A stretch of 64,000 bases of DNA from Nitrospirota bacterium. Lineage in GTDB: Bacteria > Nitrospirota > UBA9217. Shown here one piece after another: positions 47,112 through 56,875 of the stretch (positions are counted from its first letter, which is position 1; the number at the start of each line of letters is the position of its first letter). A program made the position numbers and the translations under genes. The notes beneath the pieces are model-generated. The model had not been told where the DNA came from, did no database searches, and worked only from the letters and a program-made list of their open reading frames with translations. The DNA lies in NCBI GenBank assembly GCA_963749655.1, contig CAVVOB010000028.1, positions 192,001 to 256,000 of the forward strand, given 5' to 3'.

Positions 47112-47277
47112 AGCGCATAGGGCATGGCGCGGAGGGCGGGGGGACAAAAATACATGGGGCATAGTGCAAGGGGCATAGAGTCTGGTTACTCTGCCTTTTA
47201 CTTTATGTTCACTGCCCTTTGCTCTATATGCTTTGTCGTTACACTAACACTATGCTCTCTGCGCTATGCCCTTTGCT
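47112..47277. repeat. Nested heptamer-period inverted-repeat element (GCATAGG/GCATGGC ... CTATGC)
   Basis: Outer arms 47112-47137 and 47249-47277; inner arms ~47153-47180 and ~47190-47227. Confidence 0.7.
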
Positions 47278-47280
47278 GTT

Positions 47281-48231
47281 TTACAGCTTATTCTCGATGT
47301 GGGAATCGCTCCGCAGCGTCTGGAGCCAGCTCCGGTAGGTGTTCTCCACCTTCTGCTTATAGAGCGTGTCCATGATATCGTCCTTCACCTTTTCGTACGG
47401 CGTGACCGGTGTGCGGATTTCCTCGAGCCTGATGATATGGTAGCCGCCGGAGCAGAGGAAAGGCTTTGAAATCTCCCCGACTTTAAGGGGCCGCGCAGCC
47501 TCCTGGATCTCGGCAAGCATGTGCTCCCGCTTCATGAAGCCGAGGTCGCCGTCATCCGATGCGGTCGAACCGAACGAACTCTCATGCACGAGGCGGAGGA
47601 AATCCTCGCCTTTGCAGGCGCGTTCGTAAGCCGCCTGGGCTGCCGCCTTTACCGCAGCGGTCTGGGCCGGCGTAGCGTTGTCCGGGAGGGAAAGATAGAT
47701 CTGCCTCAGCCGGACCTCTTCGGGAAGGGCATAGGATGCGCGATTGCGGTCATAGTACGAGCGGACCTCAGCTTCGTCCACCACGACGCCGGACCGCACG
47801 TACTTGTTGAACATGCGCGAGAGCGTCATCTGCTCACGAAGTTCCTGTTTGTACTGGTCGAGGGAAAGTCCCTCCTTGGCGAGCGCGGTCTCGAACTTCT
47901 TCGTATCAAATGAGTTGCGCTTCATGATGTCGGCGACGGCATCGGTCAGCTCCTTGTCGGTCACGTCCATACCGGCCTTTTTCGCGGCGGCCATCTGGAG
48001 CTTCCGGTCGATCATGTCTTCGAGGACCGTCCGCTCATCGGTTTTGATGTCCTTGCTCTCGTTCTTCTTCTGCGTCTCTTCGCGCTGCAGGTCGCTTAAG
48101 GTTATGATGTCGTCGTTCACCACCGCGACAACGCGGTCGACGACCACGGACGCCGCAGCAGTTCCCTGCACCGTACCTACATGAATGAGGGCCATCATAA
48201 GAATGCTGGCCAGGACCGTCTTTCGTTTCAT
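47281..48231 (-). CDS. SurA-like chaperone/parvulin PPIase
   Basis: Signal peptide, VDRVVAVVNDDIITLSDL, GDLG, G.HII.L. Confidence 0.88.
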   Translation of the reverse strand: MKRKTVLASILMMALIHVGTVQGTAAASVVVDRVVAVVNDDIITLSDLQREETQKKNESKDIKTDERTVLEDMIDRKLQMAAAKKAGMDVTDKELTDAVADIMKRNSFDTKKFETALAKEGLSLDQYKQELREQMTLSRMFNKYVRSGVVVDEAEVRSYYDRNRASYALPEEVRLRQIYLSLPDNATPAQTAAVKAAAQAAYERACKGEDFLRLVHESSFGSTASDDGDLGFMKREHMLAEIQEAARPLKVGEISKPFLCSGGYHIIRLEEIRTPVTPYEKVKDDIMDTLYKQKVENTYRSWLQTLRSDSHIENKL

Positions 48232-48315
48232 ACTGTTCATACCTCGGCTCCGCTGTTCCTGTTCTTTTCTGTTGCCTTTTGGCGTTAAGTTTACTATTAT
48301 TCTTTTGTTCTTATT

Positions 48316-49413
48316 ATGAAAAAGCTTTTCCCACTGCTTATCCCTGCGCTGCTTATCGCTGTTCTTGCCGATTCCGCTCCTGCGGCTGCCGCATCCGACC
48401 CGCCGGCCGGGGAGGAAATCACCGTCGCAGCAGTTGGGGACCTCATGCTCGGCGGAAGGGCCGAGCCGTTTCTCAAGGAGTTCGGTCCCGCCTACCCCTT
48501 TTCCGATGTGATGCCCTTCCTCGGAAAGGCAGATGTACTGGTCGGCAACCTGGAATCCCCCATCTCCCTCCGCGGCACAGCAGTGGAGAACAAGAAATTC
48601 ACGCTCCGCGCCGGTCCCGTCGCCGCCGAGGCGCTCAAAAGCGCCGGGTTCCGCGTGGTCACGCTGGCAAACAACCATGCCATGGACTTCGGCCCCCTGG
48701 CGCTCCAGGACACGCTCGCGACGCTGGGCGAGAGCGACATCCTCTTTACCGGCGCCGGCATGAACCTCGATGACGCCCGTTCGCCGGCCGTCGTGAAAAT
48801 AAAGGGAAAGACACTTGCGTTCCTCGCCTATTCCCTCACCTTCCCGCTCGAATTCTTCGCATCAGCCGGCCGGCCCGGCACCGCGCCGGGATATGCGGAA
48901 TACGTAAAGGCTGACATCGAAAAGGTGCGGCCGCTGGCCGACCTCGTCATCGTTTCATTCCACTGGGGCGCCGAGCTCATGACCGCGGCCAAGGATTATC
49001 AGATCGAACTCGGCCGCCAGGCCATCAACTGGGGCGCCGACCTTGTGCTGGGCCACCATCCCCATGTCCTGCAGGAACTCGAGGTATACAAGGGACACCT
49101 CATCGCCTACAGCCTCGGTAATTTCGTGTTCGGGTCCGAGAGCAATCGCACAAACACCAGCATGATACTCCTTTTGACCTTTCAGGGCAAGGATCTCATG
49201 CGGGTCGAAGCCATCCCCCTGGACGTAAATAATTACCGGGTCAAATACCGACCCCGCCCGCCAAAGGGGCGGGACGCGGATGCGGTTCTGGAGAGCGTCA
49301 ACGCGGCCTCGGCCCGGTTCAAGACCGCCCTCACAATCGAGAACGGCCGAGGTGCGATCATGCTGGCGCACCCAGAACCTGTCACGACCACGACCGCCAG
49401 TACTCCCCGGTAG
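48316..49413 (+). CDS. CapA-family (PGA_cap) metallophosphoesterase-like protein
   Basis: VGD.M, GNLE, LANNH..D, S.HWG.E, GHHPHV.Q, YSLGNF.F. Confidence 0.92.
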   Translation: MKKLFPLLIPALLIAVLADSAPAAAASDPPAGEEITVAAVGDLMLGGRAEPFLKEFGPAYPFSDVMPFLGKADVLVGNLESPISLRGTAVENKKFTLRAGPVAAEALKSAGFRVVTLANNHAMDFGPLALQDTLATLGESDILFTGAGMNLDDARSPAVVKIKGKTLAFLAYSLTFPLEFFASAGRPGTAPGYAEYVKADIEKVRPLADLVIVSFHWGAELMTAAKDYQIELGRQAINWGADLVLGHHPHVLQELEVYKGHLIAYSLGNFVFGSESNRTNTSMILLLTFQGKDLMRVEAIPLDVNNYRVKYRPRPPKGRDADAVLESVNAASARFKTALTIENGRGAIMLAHPEPVTTTTASTPR

Positions 49414-49416
49414 GCC

Positions 49417-50391
49417 TTACGGCTGCGTCTTCAACGCCTGGTAATTCACCTCGAATTTCGTGCGGGACCGGAGTTCCTTGAGCCAGCTCTTATACCGCTC
49501 GTCCTCTTTCACTCTGCGGAGCTTTTCTGCAATGTCTTTGTAGGCGTCGTCCAGACTTGTCCTTCCCGCGTTCCGCTTGCCCTCGAGCTTGAAGATATGA
49601 AATCCGTACGGGCTCTTAACGACACCGCTCAATCCGCCCTTCGGAAGGCTGAACACGATGTTGAACTCCGCCGGCATGTCTCCCCGTGCAAAATAGCCGA
49701 GATCGCCTCCCTGTTCCGCCTCGGGCGCCGTGGACCTGGCCCGGGCGAGCGCGGCAAAGTCGGCGCTGTCGTTCTGGAGCTGCGCCAGAAGTTTCCGGGC
49801 TTCCTCCTCGGTGGCAACGACGATCTGGCGCACATGCACCTGCTCCGGCCTGTCGAATTCTTCCTGGTGGGTTTGATAATAGCGCTTAACGTCCGGCGGC
49901 GACACGGAAATTTGCCGGTTCACGTCGCGCGCAAGGAGCCGCTCGACCATCATGTCCTCCCAGACATCGGACTTCCACTTTTCGAAATCGATGCCCTGGC
50001 TGGCCAGGAACTCCTTTACATCCTTGCCGTTCTCTTCCGTGATGGCGGCGATCCGCTTGTTGATTTCGGGCAGGCCGACTTTGATGCGTCTGCGCTGGGC
50101 CTCGCGCAGCATCATCTTCCTCTCGATGAGCCGGTTGAGGAACTCCTCCCGGACCTCGAGCTCGACTTCGCGGTCCGGCTTGAATCCCGCGCGGTTGAAC
50201 CGCTCCAGAAACTCGGCGAGCGTGATCGGGTCTCCGTTCACCGTGGCAACGACCCTGACATCGGCAGAGACCACGGCCGCGGGCGGCGGAGCGGCTTTTT
50301 CCTCGACCTCCGTCCTGCTCTTGCATCCAAAAAATACAAGCCCCAGCAACAGTGCCGGGGCCAGTAGTCGTTCAAGTGGGATTGTCTTCAT
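49417..50391 (-). CDS. Parvulin-type peptidyl-prolyl isomerase lipoprotein
   Basis: Lipobox FFGC, VATVNG..IT, F..LA...S, GGDLG.F, KSPYG.HIF. Confidence 0.9.
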   Translation of the reverse strand: MKTIPLERLLAPALLLGLVFFGCKSRTEVEEKAAPPPAAVVSADVRVVATVNGDPITLAEFLERFNRAGFKPDREVELEVREEFLNRLIERKMMLREAQRRRIKVGLPEINKRIAAITEENGKDVKEFLASQGIDFEKWKSDVWEDMMVERLLARDVNRQISVSPPDVKRYYQTHQEEFDRPEQVHVRQIVVATEEEARKLLAQLQNDSADFAALARARSTAPEAEQGGDLGYFARGDMPAEFNIVFSLPKGGLSGVVKSPYGFHIFKLEGKRNAGRTSLDDAYKDIAEKLRRVKEDERYKSWLKELRSRTKFEVNYQALKTQP

Positions 50392-50411
50392 ATGCTGCTC
50401 TCTGCGGGGGC

Positions 50412-51116
50412 TTACTTCCTGGCTTCCTCTTTTTTCGGAGCGGGCTGCACCTTGATGTTCGAAAGATCCAGTTCCTTCGGCTGCTGGGCAAGCGTTGCCG
50501 CCGCATCGTTCAGGGCCTTGTCGTCCACCGATACCTTGGCCTTGGCTTTCAGGCCGTTGGCATATTCAACGTAGAGATCTCTCCTTCGCTCCTGCATCAT
50601 CCGCATCTTCAGCTGCGGCTCGATCTCTTTCAGGCTGACTTCCTTGCCCGCTGCGGCCTTTATCTTGTCCTTGTTCTTGGCGTAGTATTCGCGAACTTCC
50701 TGGTCCGTCGGCGCCGCTATCTTGCCGAGCTTCTCGCCGATCTCCTTCTTCAGGACGGTGTTGAACAATTCGTTCTTGGCGTCTTCCTGCAGCCTGCGCT
50801 CCATTTCCTTTTTGAGCGTTTCCTGCCGCTTCCGGTATTCGCCGTCCTTGTCGATACCCTGCCGCTTGGCTTCCTGAAGCACCAGCTCGATCCCGATCAG
50901 ATCCTCCAGGAACTCCTTCCGCGCCTTGGGGTCGGACACCACCGCCTGCTGCATCTGGGGCGCCAGATCCTCGAGCTGCTTCTTGAAATCGCCGACCGTG
51001 ATCGTTGTCCTGTTCACCCGGGCCAGAACAGGACCGTCGGATGCCTTATTGCAGCCCGCCAGGGCCGTGGTGATCGCCAATATCGAAATGCCTGCAGCCA
51101 GTTTACGCTTCATCAT
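50412..51116 (-). CDS. SurA N-terminal-domain lipoprotein (no PPIase domain)
   Basis: Lipobox LAGC, VLARVN...IT, L..LI..EL..QEA...G. Confidence 0.8.
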   Translation of the reverse strand: MMKRKLAAGISILAITTALAGCNKASDGPVLARVNRTTITVGDFKKQLEDLAPQMQQAVVSDPKARKEFLEDLIGIELVLQEAKRQGIDKDGEYRKRQETLKKEMERRLQEDAKNELFNTVLKKEIGEKLGKIAAPTDQEVREYYAKNKDKIKAAAGKEVSLKEIEPQLKMRMMQERRRDLYVEYANGLKAKAKVSVDDKALNDAAATLAQQPKELDLSNIKVQPAPKKEEARK

Positions 51117-51203
51117 GGTAATTGATTCCTCCGGTTAACGTTGCATCTTTTGGATTAGGTGCATGAACTGCCGAACAACAGCATAGAAGTCGTTTATAAC
51201 ACA

Positions 51204-54200
51204 CTAGGAAAGTTCCTGCAAGCACTTTTTAACCGCTTCCGACGCGGTCCGAAGCGACTCGTCGGCCAGCGCGACGCGAAGCGTGAATTCCGGGATCAGC
51301 CGGATCCTGCCCTTGCTTTTTTTCAGAATGTTCATCACGCGCTCCGGTGAAATGTTTGCCTGTTCGCTGAACGTGATCGTAAGGCTCTCCGCGCCCGCGT
51401 CGACGCGGGACACGCCCGATTTCCGCGCGATGAGCTTGATGCTCATGATCTCGAAAAGGTTGGCCGTGGCTTCCGGCAGCTCGCCGTACCGGTCGCGCAA
51501 GCCGGCGCCGATGTCCTGCAGCTCCGCTTCATTCGATGCGCTTGAGATCTCCTTATATGCCGCAAGCCGCATGCTCACATCGCCGATGTAGTCCTCGGGA
51601 ATGAAGGCCGACGCGCGCATGTTGATCTGCGTATCCGCTTCCGGCGCGAGATCTTCACCGCGCATTTGCGCCATGGCATCTTCCATCATCTGCGTGTACA
51701 GGTCGATACCTACGGCCGCGATATGGCCGGACTGCTGTTTGCCCAGCAGGTTCCCCGCCCCGCGCGTTTCCAGGTCCTGGGCCGCGACGCGGAAACCCGC
51801 TCCCAGCTCCGACAGCTCCTGGATCGCCCGGAGCCGCTTGCGCGCCGTTTCCGACAGGAGCTCGTCCGCCGGCGTAAGCAGGTACGCATAGGCTTTCTCG
51901 CGGCTCCTGCCGACGCGTCCCTTGATCTGGTACAGGTCGGCCAGCCCGAAGCGGTCCGCCCTGTTGATGATGATGGTGTTCGCCTCGGGGATGTCGATGC
52001 CCGATTCGATGATCGTCGTGGTTACGAGCACGTTCAGTTCGCCGGCGATGAACTTCGTCATGACATCCTCGATCTCGTGCTCGGGGAGCTGTCCGTGGCC
52101 GATGCCGATTTTCGCCTCGGGCACCAGGTTCCGGACGAAATCCGCCATCCGCTCGATTCCCTGGACGCGGTTGTGCACGAAAAAGACGCGGCCGCCCCGT
52201 CCGATCTCGTGCATGATCGCTTCGCGGATGACCCGTTTGCCGAAACGCGCGAGGACGACCTGGATGGCCTGCCGATCCAGCGGCGGCGTCTCGATGATCG
52301 AAAGATCGCGGATCCCGGCGAGGGACATGTGCAGCGTGCGCGGAATGGGCGTGGCGGTGAGCGTGAGCACGTCCACGAGCTTCATCATCTCCTTGATCCG
52401 CTCCTTGTGCTTCACGCCGAACTTGTGCTCCTCGTCCACGACGAGCAGACCGAGGTTTTTGAAGACCACGTCCTTCTGCAGCAGACGGTGCGTGCCGATC
52501 ACGATGTCGACCGTGCCGCTCTTCAGGCCCTTGAGCGTGTCCTGCTGCTCGGCGCGGGTGCGAAAGCGGGACAGCATCTCCACGCGGACCGAGAACGATG
52601 AGAGCCGCTGGGAGAAGGTCCGGTGGTGCTGATCGGCAAGCAGCGTGGTGGGCACGAGCACCGCCGCCTGCATGCCGTCCTCGACGGCCTTGAACGCGGC
52701 CCGGAGCGCGACCTCCGTCTTACCGTATCCCACGTCGCCGCACACGAGGCGGTCCATAGGCCTCGGCCGCTGCATGTCCGCCAGGACATCGTCGATCGCC
52801 CGCTGCTGGTCCGGCGTTTCTTCATAGGGAAAGGCGCCCTCGAACTCCCGGTAAAGATTGTCGGGAGGAGAGAAGGAGGCGCGGTGCTGGGCCTCGCGTG
52901 CGGCATAGATGGCCACGAGCTCCTGCGCCATGGCGAGAATGTCCTTCTTGACCTTTTCCTTGGTCCGCGCCCAGGCCGGCGCGCCGAGACGGTCAAGCTT
53001 GGGCGCCGATCCCTCGACGCCGATGTATTTCTGCACCTTGTCGAGACTGTAGAGCGGAACGTGGAGCTTTGCATCAGGCTCGTAGCGGAGCGTGAGAAAG
53101 TCCGTCTCGAACCCGTCGAGGCTGATATGCGTCAGGCCCTGGTACTCGCCCACGCCGTAGTCCGTATGGACCACGAAATCGCCGGGCTTCAGTTCCTTGA
53201 ATGTGGAAAGGAACGGCGATACCTTGGACCTTGCAGCCGCGGGACGATGGACCTTCCTGCCGAAGATCTCCTCTTCGGTGATGATAATGAGCCCGAGCTC
53301 CTGCCACGCGAACCCCTCCGAGACCCTGCCGACGGAGAGCGTAATGGGCCAGGGCCCGGTGTCCTGTTCCGTCAGCATCGGGGCGAGCGCCGCGCCGAGG
53401 CCGTACTCCAAAAACTGTTTTTTGACGCGCGCTGCCGCCTCCCCGGTGCCGCAGACGATCGCAACGCGGTTAAAGTCGCGGAGCCGCCTCAGCTTTTCCA
53501 CGAGGCCCGCCATCGATCCTTCTGCCGGTTCGCGGCCGGCCTCGGGAGTTTCCTTGCCGATCGGCTTGGTCAGGCGCACACTGAGCCACGAGGCGGACTT
53601 GGTGTCCATGCGAAGGGCCCCTGCCCCTGTTTCGAGCAGGCGGAGATTGATTGCCGGGTGGCCCGCGAGCGCTGCTGCGATGCTTTCGTCTTCCAGATAC
53701 AGCGCCGCGGCTTCGGGCAGCGTTCGACCTTCTCCAACCTCCTCCTCCCTGCCCTGGTTGATCTTCAGAGAGAGCTCTTGAAGGGCGCCCGTGATCTCAT
53801 CAGGCTCGAGCAGGACAGCGAAACTGTTCCGGGGCACATAGGCGAACAGAGGGTCCATATCGTAGAAGAACGGGGCCAGGCATTCGCCTCCCGGCGGTAG
53901 CATCCCCTGCTTGACCTGGTCGATCAGCGCTTCATCGTTGACCGCGCTGCCGAAACGTTCAGCTCCCTTTGCGTCGATGATAAGCTCTCTCACGGGCAGC
54001 ACCACTGCTTCCCCGATCTCCGCAAGCGAGCGCTGCGTTTCCACATCGAATGCGCGCAGGGATTCGAGGGTGTCCCCGAAGAACTCCATGCGCACCGGTT
54101 GTTCATGGAGGGGCGAAAAGAAATCGACGATGTCTCCCCGCCTGCTGAACTCGCCCACGCGCGTGACCAGGGAGGCGGACTCGTACCCCGTAGCAACAAG

Positions 54201-54677
54201 CGACGCAACGAGCTCGTCAGGGGCAATGGCAGAGGCCTTGGTGATGGTCTTTACCGCTTCGGCGAAGAGCTCCCAGGGAGGAAGCTTTTGCATGAGCGAC
54301 GGGACCGGCGCAACAAGGATGCCTGCTGTAGTGGTGATCAGGTTGTACAGGACGCGCATCCGCTCGCCCACGGTAATGCTGTCGGGCGAGTCGGCCTCGA
54401 AAGGAAGCAGGCCCCAGGACGGGAACAGGGTTGCTTCAAGAGGCTTTTCGATCTCGTTCATCGGAAGTGCCGTTCGAAAGAACTTCAGGTCCTCGACAAG
54501 CGTTTCTGCTGCCTCTTCCGTCGCCGTGACCACCAGGAGAGAAGCTCCTGCTTCACGAGCGAGGCCCAATAAAAAGAGGGCCTTGGAGGCCCCCCACAGT
54601 TCGCTTACTTCAATCGTCCTTTTGCCGGCCCGGATCTCGCCCAGCACAGGCAGGACAATGTCGTGCAGACTCTTCAT
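51204..54677 (-). CDS. mfd: Transcription-repair coupling factor
   Basis: GEF..RG.I.D.F, GD.VVH..YG.G.Y, CGDVGYGKTE, DEEH.FG, TATPIPRT, TRG and TRCF domains. Confidence 0.97.
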   Translation of the reverse strand: MKSLHDIVLPVLGEIRAGKRTIEVSELWGASKALFLLGLAREAGASLLVVTATEEAAETLVEDLKFFRTALPMNEIEKPLEATLFPSWGLLPFEADSPDSITVGERMRVLYNLITTTAGILVAPVPSLMQKLPPWELFAEAVKTITKASAIAPDELVASLVATGYESASLVTRVGEFSRRGDIVDFFSPLHEQPVRMEFFGDTLESLRAFDVETQRSLAEIGEAVVLPVRELIIDAKGAERFGSAVNDEALIDQVKQGMLPPGGECLAPFFYDMDPLFAYVPRNSFAVLLEPDEITGALQELSLKINQGREEEVGEGRTLPEAAALYLEDESIAAALAGHPAINLRLLETGAGALRMDTKSASWLSVRLTKPIGKETPEAGREPAEGSMAGLVEKLRRLRDFNRVAIVCGTGEAAARVKKQFLEYGLGAALAPMLTEQDTGPWPITLSVGRVSEGFAWQELGLIIITEEEIFGRKVHRPAAARSKVSPFLSTFKELKPGDFVVHTDYGVGEYQGLTHISLDGFETDFLTLRYEPDAKLHVPLYSLDKVQKYIGVEGSAPKLDRLGAPAWARTKEKVKKDILAMAQELVAIYAAREAQHRASFSPPDNLYREFEGAFPYEETPDQQRAIDDVLADMQRPRPMDRLVCGDVGYGKTEVALRAAFKAVEDGMQAAVLVPTTLLADQHHRTFSQRLSSFSVRVEMLSRFRTRAEQQDTLKGLKSGTVDIVIGTHRLLQKDVVFKNLGLLVVDEEHKFGVKHKERIKEMMKLVDVLTLTATPIPRTLHMSLAGIRDLSIIETPPLDRQAIQVVLARFGKRVIREAIMHEIGRGGRVFFVHNRVQGIERMADFVRNLVPEAKIGIGHGQLPEHEIEDVMTKFIAGELNVLVTTTIIESGIDIPEANTIIINRADRFGLADLYQIKGRVGRSREKAYAYLLTPADELLSETARKRLRAIQELSELGAGFRVAAQDLETRGAGNLLGKQQSGHIAAVGIDLYTQMMEDAMAQMRGEDLAPEADTQINMRASAFIPEDYIGDVSMRLAAYKEISSASNEAELQDIGAGLRDRYGELPEATANLFEIMSIKLIARKSGVSRVDAGAESLTITFSEQANISPERVMNILKKSKGRIRLIPEFTLRVALADESLRTASEAVKKCLQELS

Positions 54678-54735
54678 GGTAGATTACTATAACACGGCGG
54701 GCCGTTCTTATGCAACAGGGGCCGTCCAAATACCC

Positions 54736-54764
54736 TTGCCAAGGCAGACGGTCTCGGCTACAAT
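54736..54764 (+). promoter_or_regulatory. Sigma70-like promoter TTGCCA-17-TACAAT, 5 nt before ATG (leaderless candidate)
   Basis: ttgcca 54736-54741, tacaat 54759-54764, ATG 54770. Confidence 0.6.
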
Positions 54765-54769
54765 CCGTT

Positions 54770-55099
54770 ATGGGCGCTTCGTCAGTCAAAAGAGGAAAGA
54801 AGACGTGGTATCTCTATATTGTGGTATGCTGCGACGAGACGCTTTACACTGGAATCACCAACGATCTGCCGGGCCGCTTAAACCGGCACAACGCAGGCAC
54901 TGCGTCGCGGTATACAAGAAGCAGGCTGCCTGTCAGGCTTCTCTATAAAAAGCGCTGCATCAACCGCTCCAGCGCCTTGAAGCAGGAATACGCGCTGAAA
55001 CAGCTGTCGCGGACCGAGAAGATGGCGCTGATTCGAAAAAATGCTGTAAGGCGGCAGCAGACGTCCATATCCCGCAAATTCATACGGAGCAGGGCATGA
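54770..55099 (+). CDS. GIY-YIG nuclease family protein (UPF0213-like)
   Basis: YLYI..C.D.TLYTGIT.D...R...HN.G....YT..R.PV, AL..E..LK.L.R..K. Confidence 0.88.
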   Translation: MGASSVKRGKKTWYLYIVVCCDETLYTGITNDLPGRLNRHNAGTASRYTRSRLPVRLLYKKRCINRSSALKQEYALKQLSRTEKMALIRKNAVRRQQTSISRKFIRSRA

Positions 55100-56245
55100 C
55101 CACGAACAATTTAGAGTCCTATCGCAGAGAATTTCCGATAACAGAGAAGTATGCCTATCTCGACCACGCGGGAGTAGCTCCGCTTTCCAACCGCGTGAAG
55201 GACGCCGTCACCTCGTTTCTCGCTGAATCCCTTGAAGGCGGTGCGTTCCATTACCCTGTCTGGGCAAGACGGATCATGGATGCAAGGCAGGCCTGTGCCG
55301 CTCTTCTGAACGCCCGGCCGGATGAGATCGCCTTTGTGAGGAGCACCTCTCACGGCCTTTCGCTCGTTGCCGAAGGCCTGGAGTGGAAAAGAGGGGACAA
55401 CGTACTTATCTACGAGAAGGAGTTTCCTTCCAATATATATCCCTGGCAGAACCTCGGCAGAAAAGGCGTCGGAACGCGCATCATCCCGTCCCGGGAGGGC
55501 AGGATCGTGCTGGATGACATCGAACGGCTGATCGACAAGAGGACGCGGTTGCTCTCCCTCAGCTCGGTGCAGTTCACGAACGGTTTCAGATCCGACCTCA
55601 AGGCAGTGTCGAACCTGTGCCGCGGCAGGGGCGTCCTGTTCTGCGTCGACGCGATCCAGAGTCTTGGGGTCCTTCCCCTGGATGTAAAGGACTGCGGTAT
55701 CGATTTCCTTTCAGCCGACGCGCACAAGTGGCTCCTCGGGCCGGAAGGCATAGGCGTATTCTGACTGCCGAAAGGAACTGGCTTCTTCCCTCAATCCGCC
55801 CCTGGTGGGCTGGAAGAGCGTTCAGCGGGATATGGATTTCGAGCGACCGGACCTTCAGTTAAAAAAAGACGCCCTTCGGTTCGAAGAGGGGTCGCTCAAT
55901 CTTCTCGGCATCTTCGGTCTCAGGGCTGCGGTGGACCTCCTGCACGAAGCGGGCATCGAGCGCATAGAACAGCGCGTGCTCGATCTTGGCGACAGCATCA
56001 TTGAAAAGGCGAAGGGGCGCGGCTATTCCGTGCTCACCCCCGAAAACCGGAAAGCGCGTGGAGGGATCGTCACCATACGCGGGTCCTTCGATCCTTTTTC
56101 CCTGCGCGACGCGCTGCGGGAAAAGGGGATCATGGTGAACGTTCGGGCAGGAGGCCTGCGGCTTTCACCCCATTTCTACACGAGCGAAGAGGACATCGAA
56201 CGCTGTTTCAGAACAATTGACGGCCTGGTGCGGGCTACATCATAA
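55096..56245 (+). CDS. Class V aminotransferase/cysteine desulfurase-like PLP enzyme (one +1 indel at ~55763)
   Basis: YLDHAG, VDAIQS.G, ADAHKWL.GPEG.G, RFEEG, R.SPHFY. ORFs 55096..55764 and 55805..56245 join as GVFYCRKE when one G is removed. Confidence 0.88.
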
Positions 56246-56250
56246 TAACT

Positions 56251-56323
56251 GCGGAGAGCATGGCGCAGAGTGGAGAGCGGAGCGGCAGGAACACAGAACG
56301 CCGCTTTACACCATGCGCTATGC
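56251..56323. repeat. Heptamer-period inverted-repeat element
   Basis: gcggagagcatggcgcagagtggagagcgg ... ccgctttacaccatgcgctatgc. Confidence 0.6.
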
Positions 56324-56346
56324 ATGATGCTCCCAAGGAGGAGACT

Positions 56347-56856
56347 ATGGCTGATTTTTCACGGAATGATCTGGTGCGACATGAACAGCATGGAATCGGG
56401 AAGGTTGCCGGCTGCACGGGCGGCGATTGTACGGTCCTTTTCCCGCGTCTCGGCAAGGAGGCAGTAGTGACTGACGACGAGCTGCAGCTCCTGTCCGAAG
56501 CCGAGACAACGGCCTATGACATGGTACGGCTCGCGGTCTTCGAGCTCAATCGCGAGGAGGCGCCGGAGATTGCGCTCGGCAGCCGCTGGCAGGGAGGCGA
56601 GATGATCCTGAAGCCGGGTGATGCGGGCACCGCGTCCAAGAGCGTTCCCATCGAGACCTTCTTTCACAAAATCGTCATGGTCCGCGACCGCCTGCGGGTC
56701 ATGGAGGCGCAGATCAACGGGCACAAGGTCCTGACCGACGCCGAAAAGGTCGATCTGCAGCAGTACATCACCCGGATCTACGGCTCACTCACCACGTTCA
56801 ATGTTCTGTTCAGGGACAAGAAGGACCACTTCGTGGGTCAAAAGGGCGAGGGCTGA
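56347..56856 (+). CDS. Conserved-looking hypothetical protein (169 aa)
   Basis: AGGAGGAG RBS; N-terminal 'V.H..HG.G.V' SH3-like motif; 'FFHKIVM.RDRLRV.E..IN', 'YIT..YGSLTTFN.LF'. Confidence 0.8.
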   Translation: MADFSRNDLVRHEQHGIGKVAGCTGGDCTVLFPRLGKEAVVTDDELQLLSEAETTAYDMVRLAVFELNREEAPEIALGSRWQGGEMILKPGDAGTASKSVPIETFFHKIVMVRDRLRVMEAQINGHKVLTDAEKVDLQQYITRIYGSLTTFNVLFRDKKDHFVGQKGEG

Positions 56857-56875
56857 TCAGGGCGGGTTTATCGTG

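Noticed and set aside
54770-55099. GIY-YIG gene as a homing endonuclease/mobile element
   Set aside because: It is the short stand-alone UPF0213-like type with host-like composition and no intron or insertion signature.
55762-55764. Selenocysteine/TGA readthrough in the class V aminotransferase
   Set aside because: The downstream half is in a different frame. Removing one base restores F-Y-C, so this is an indel.
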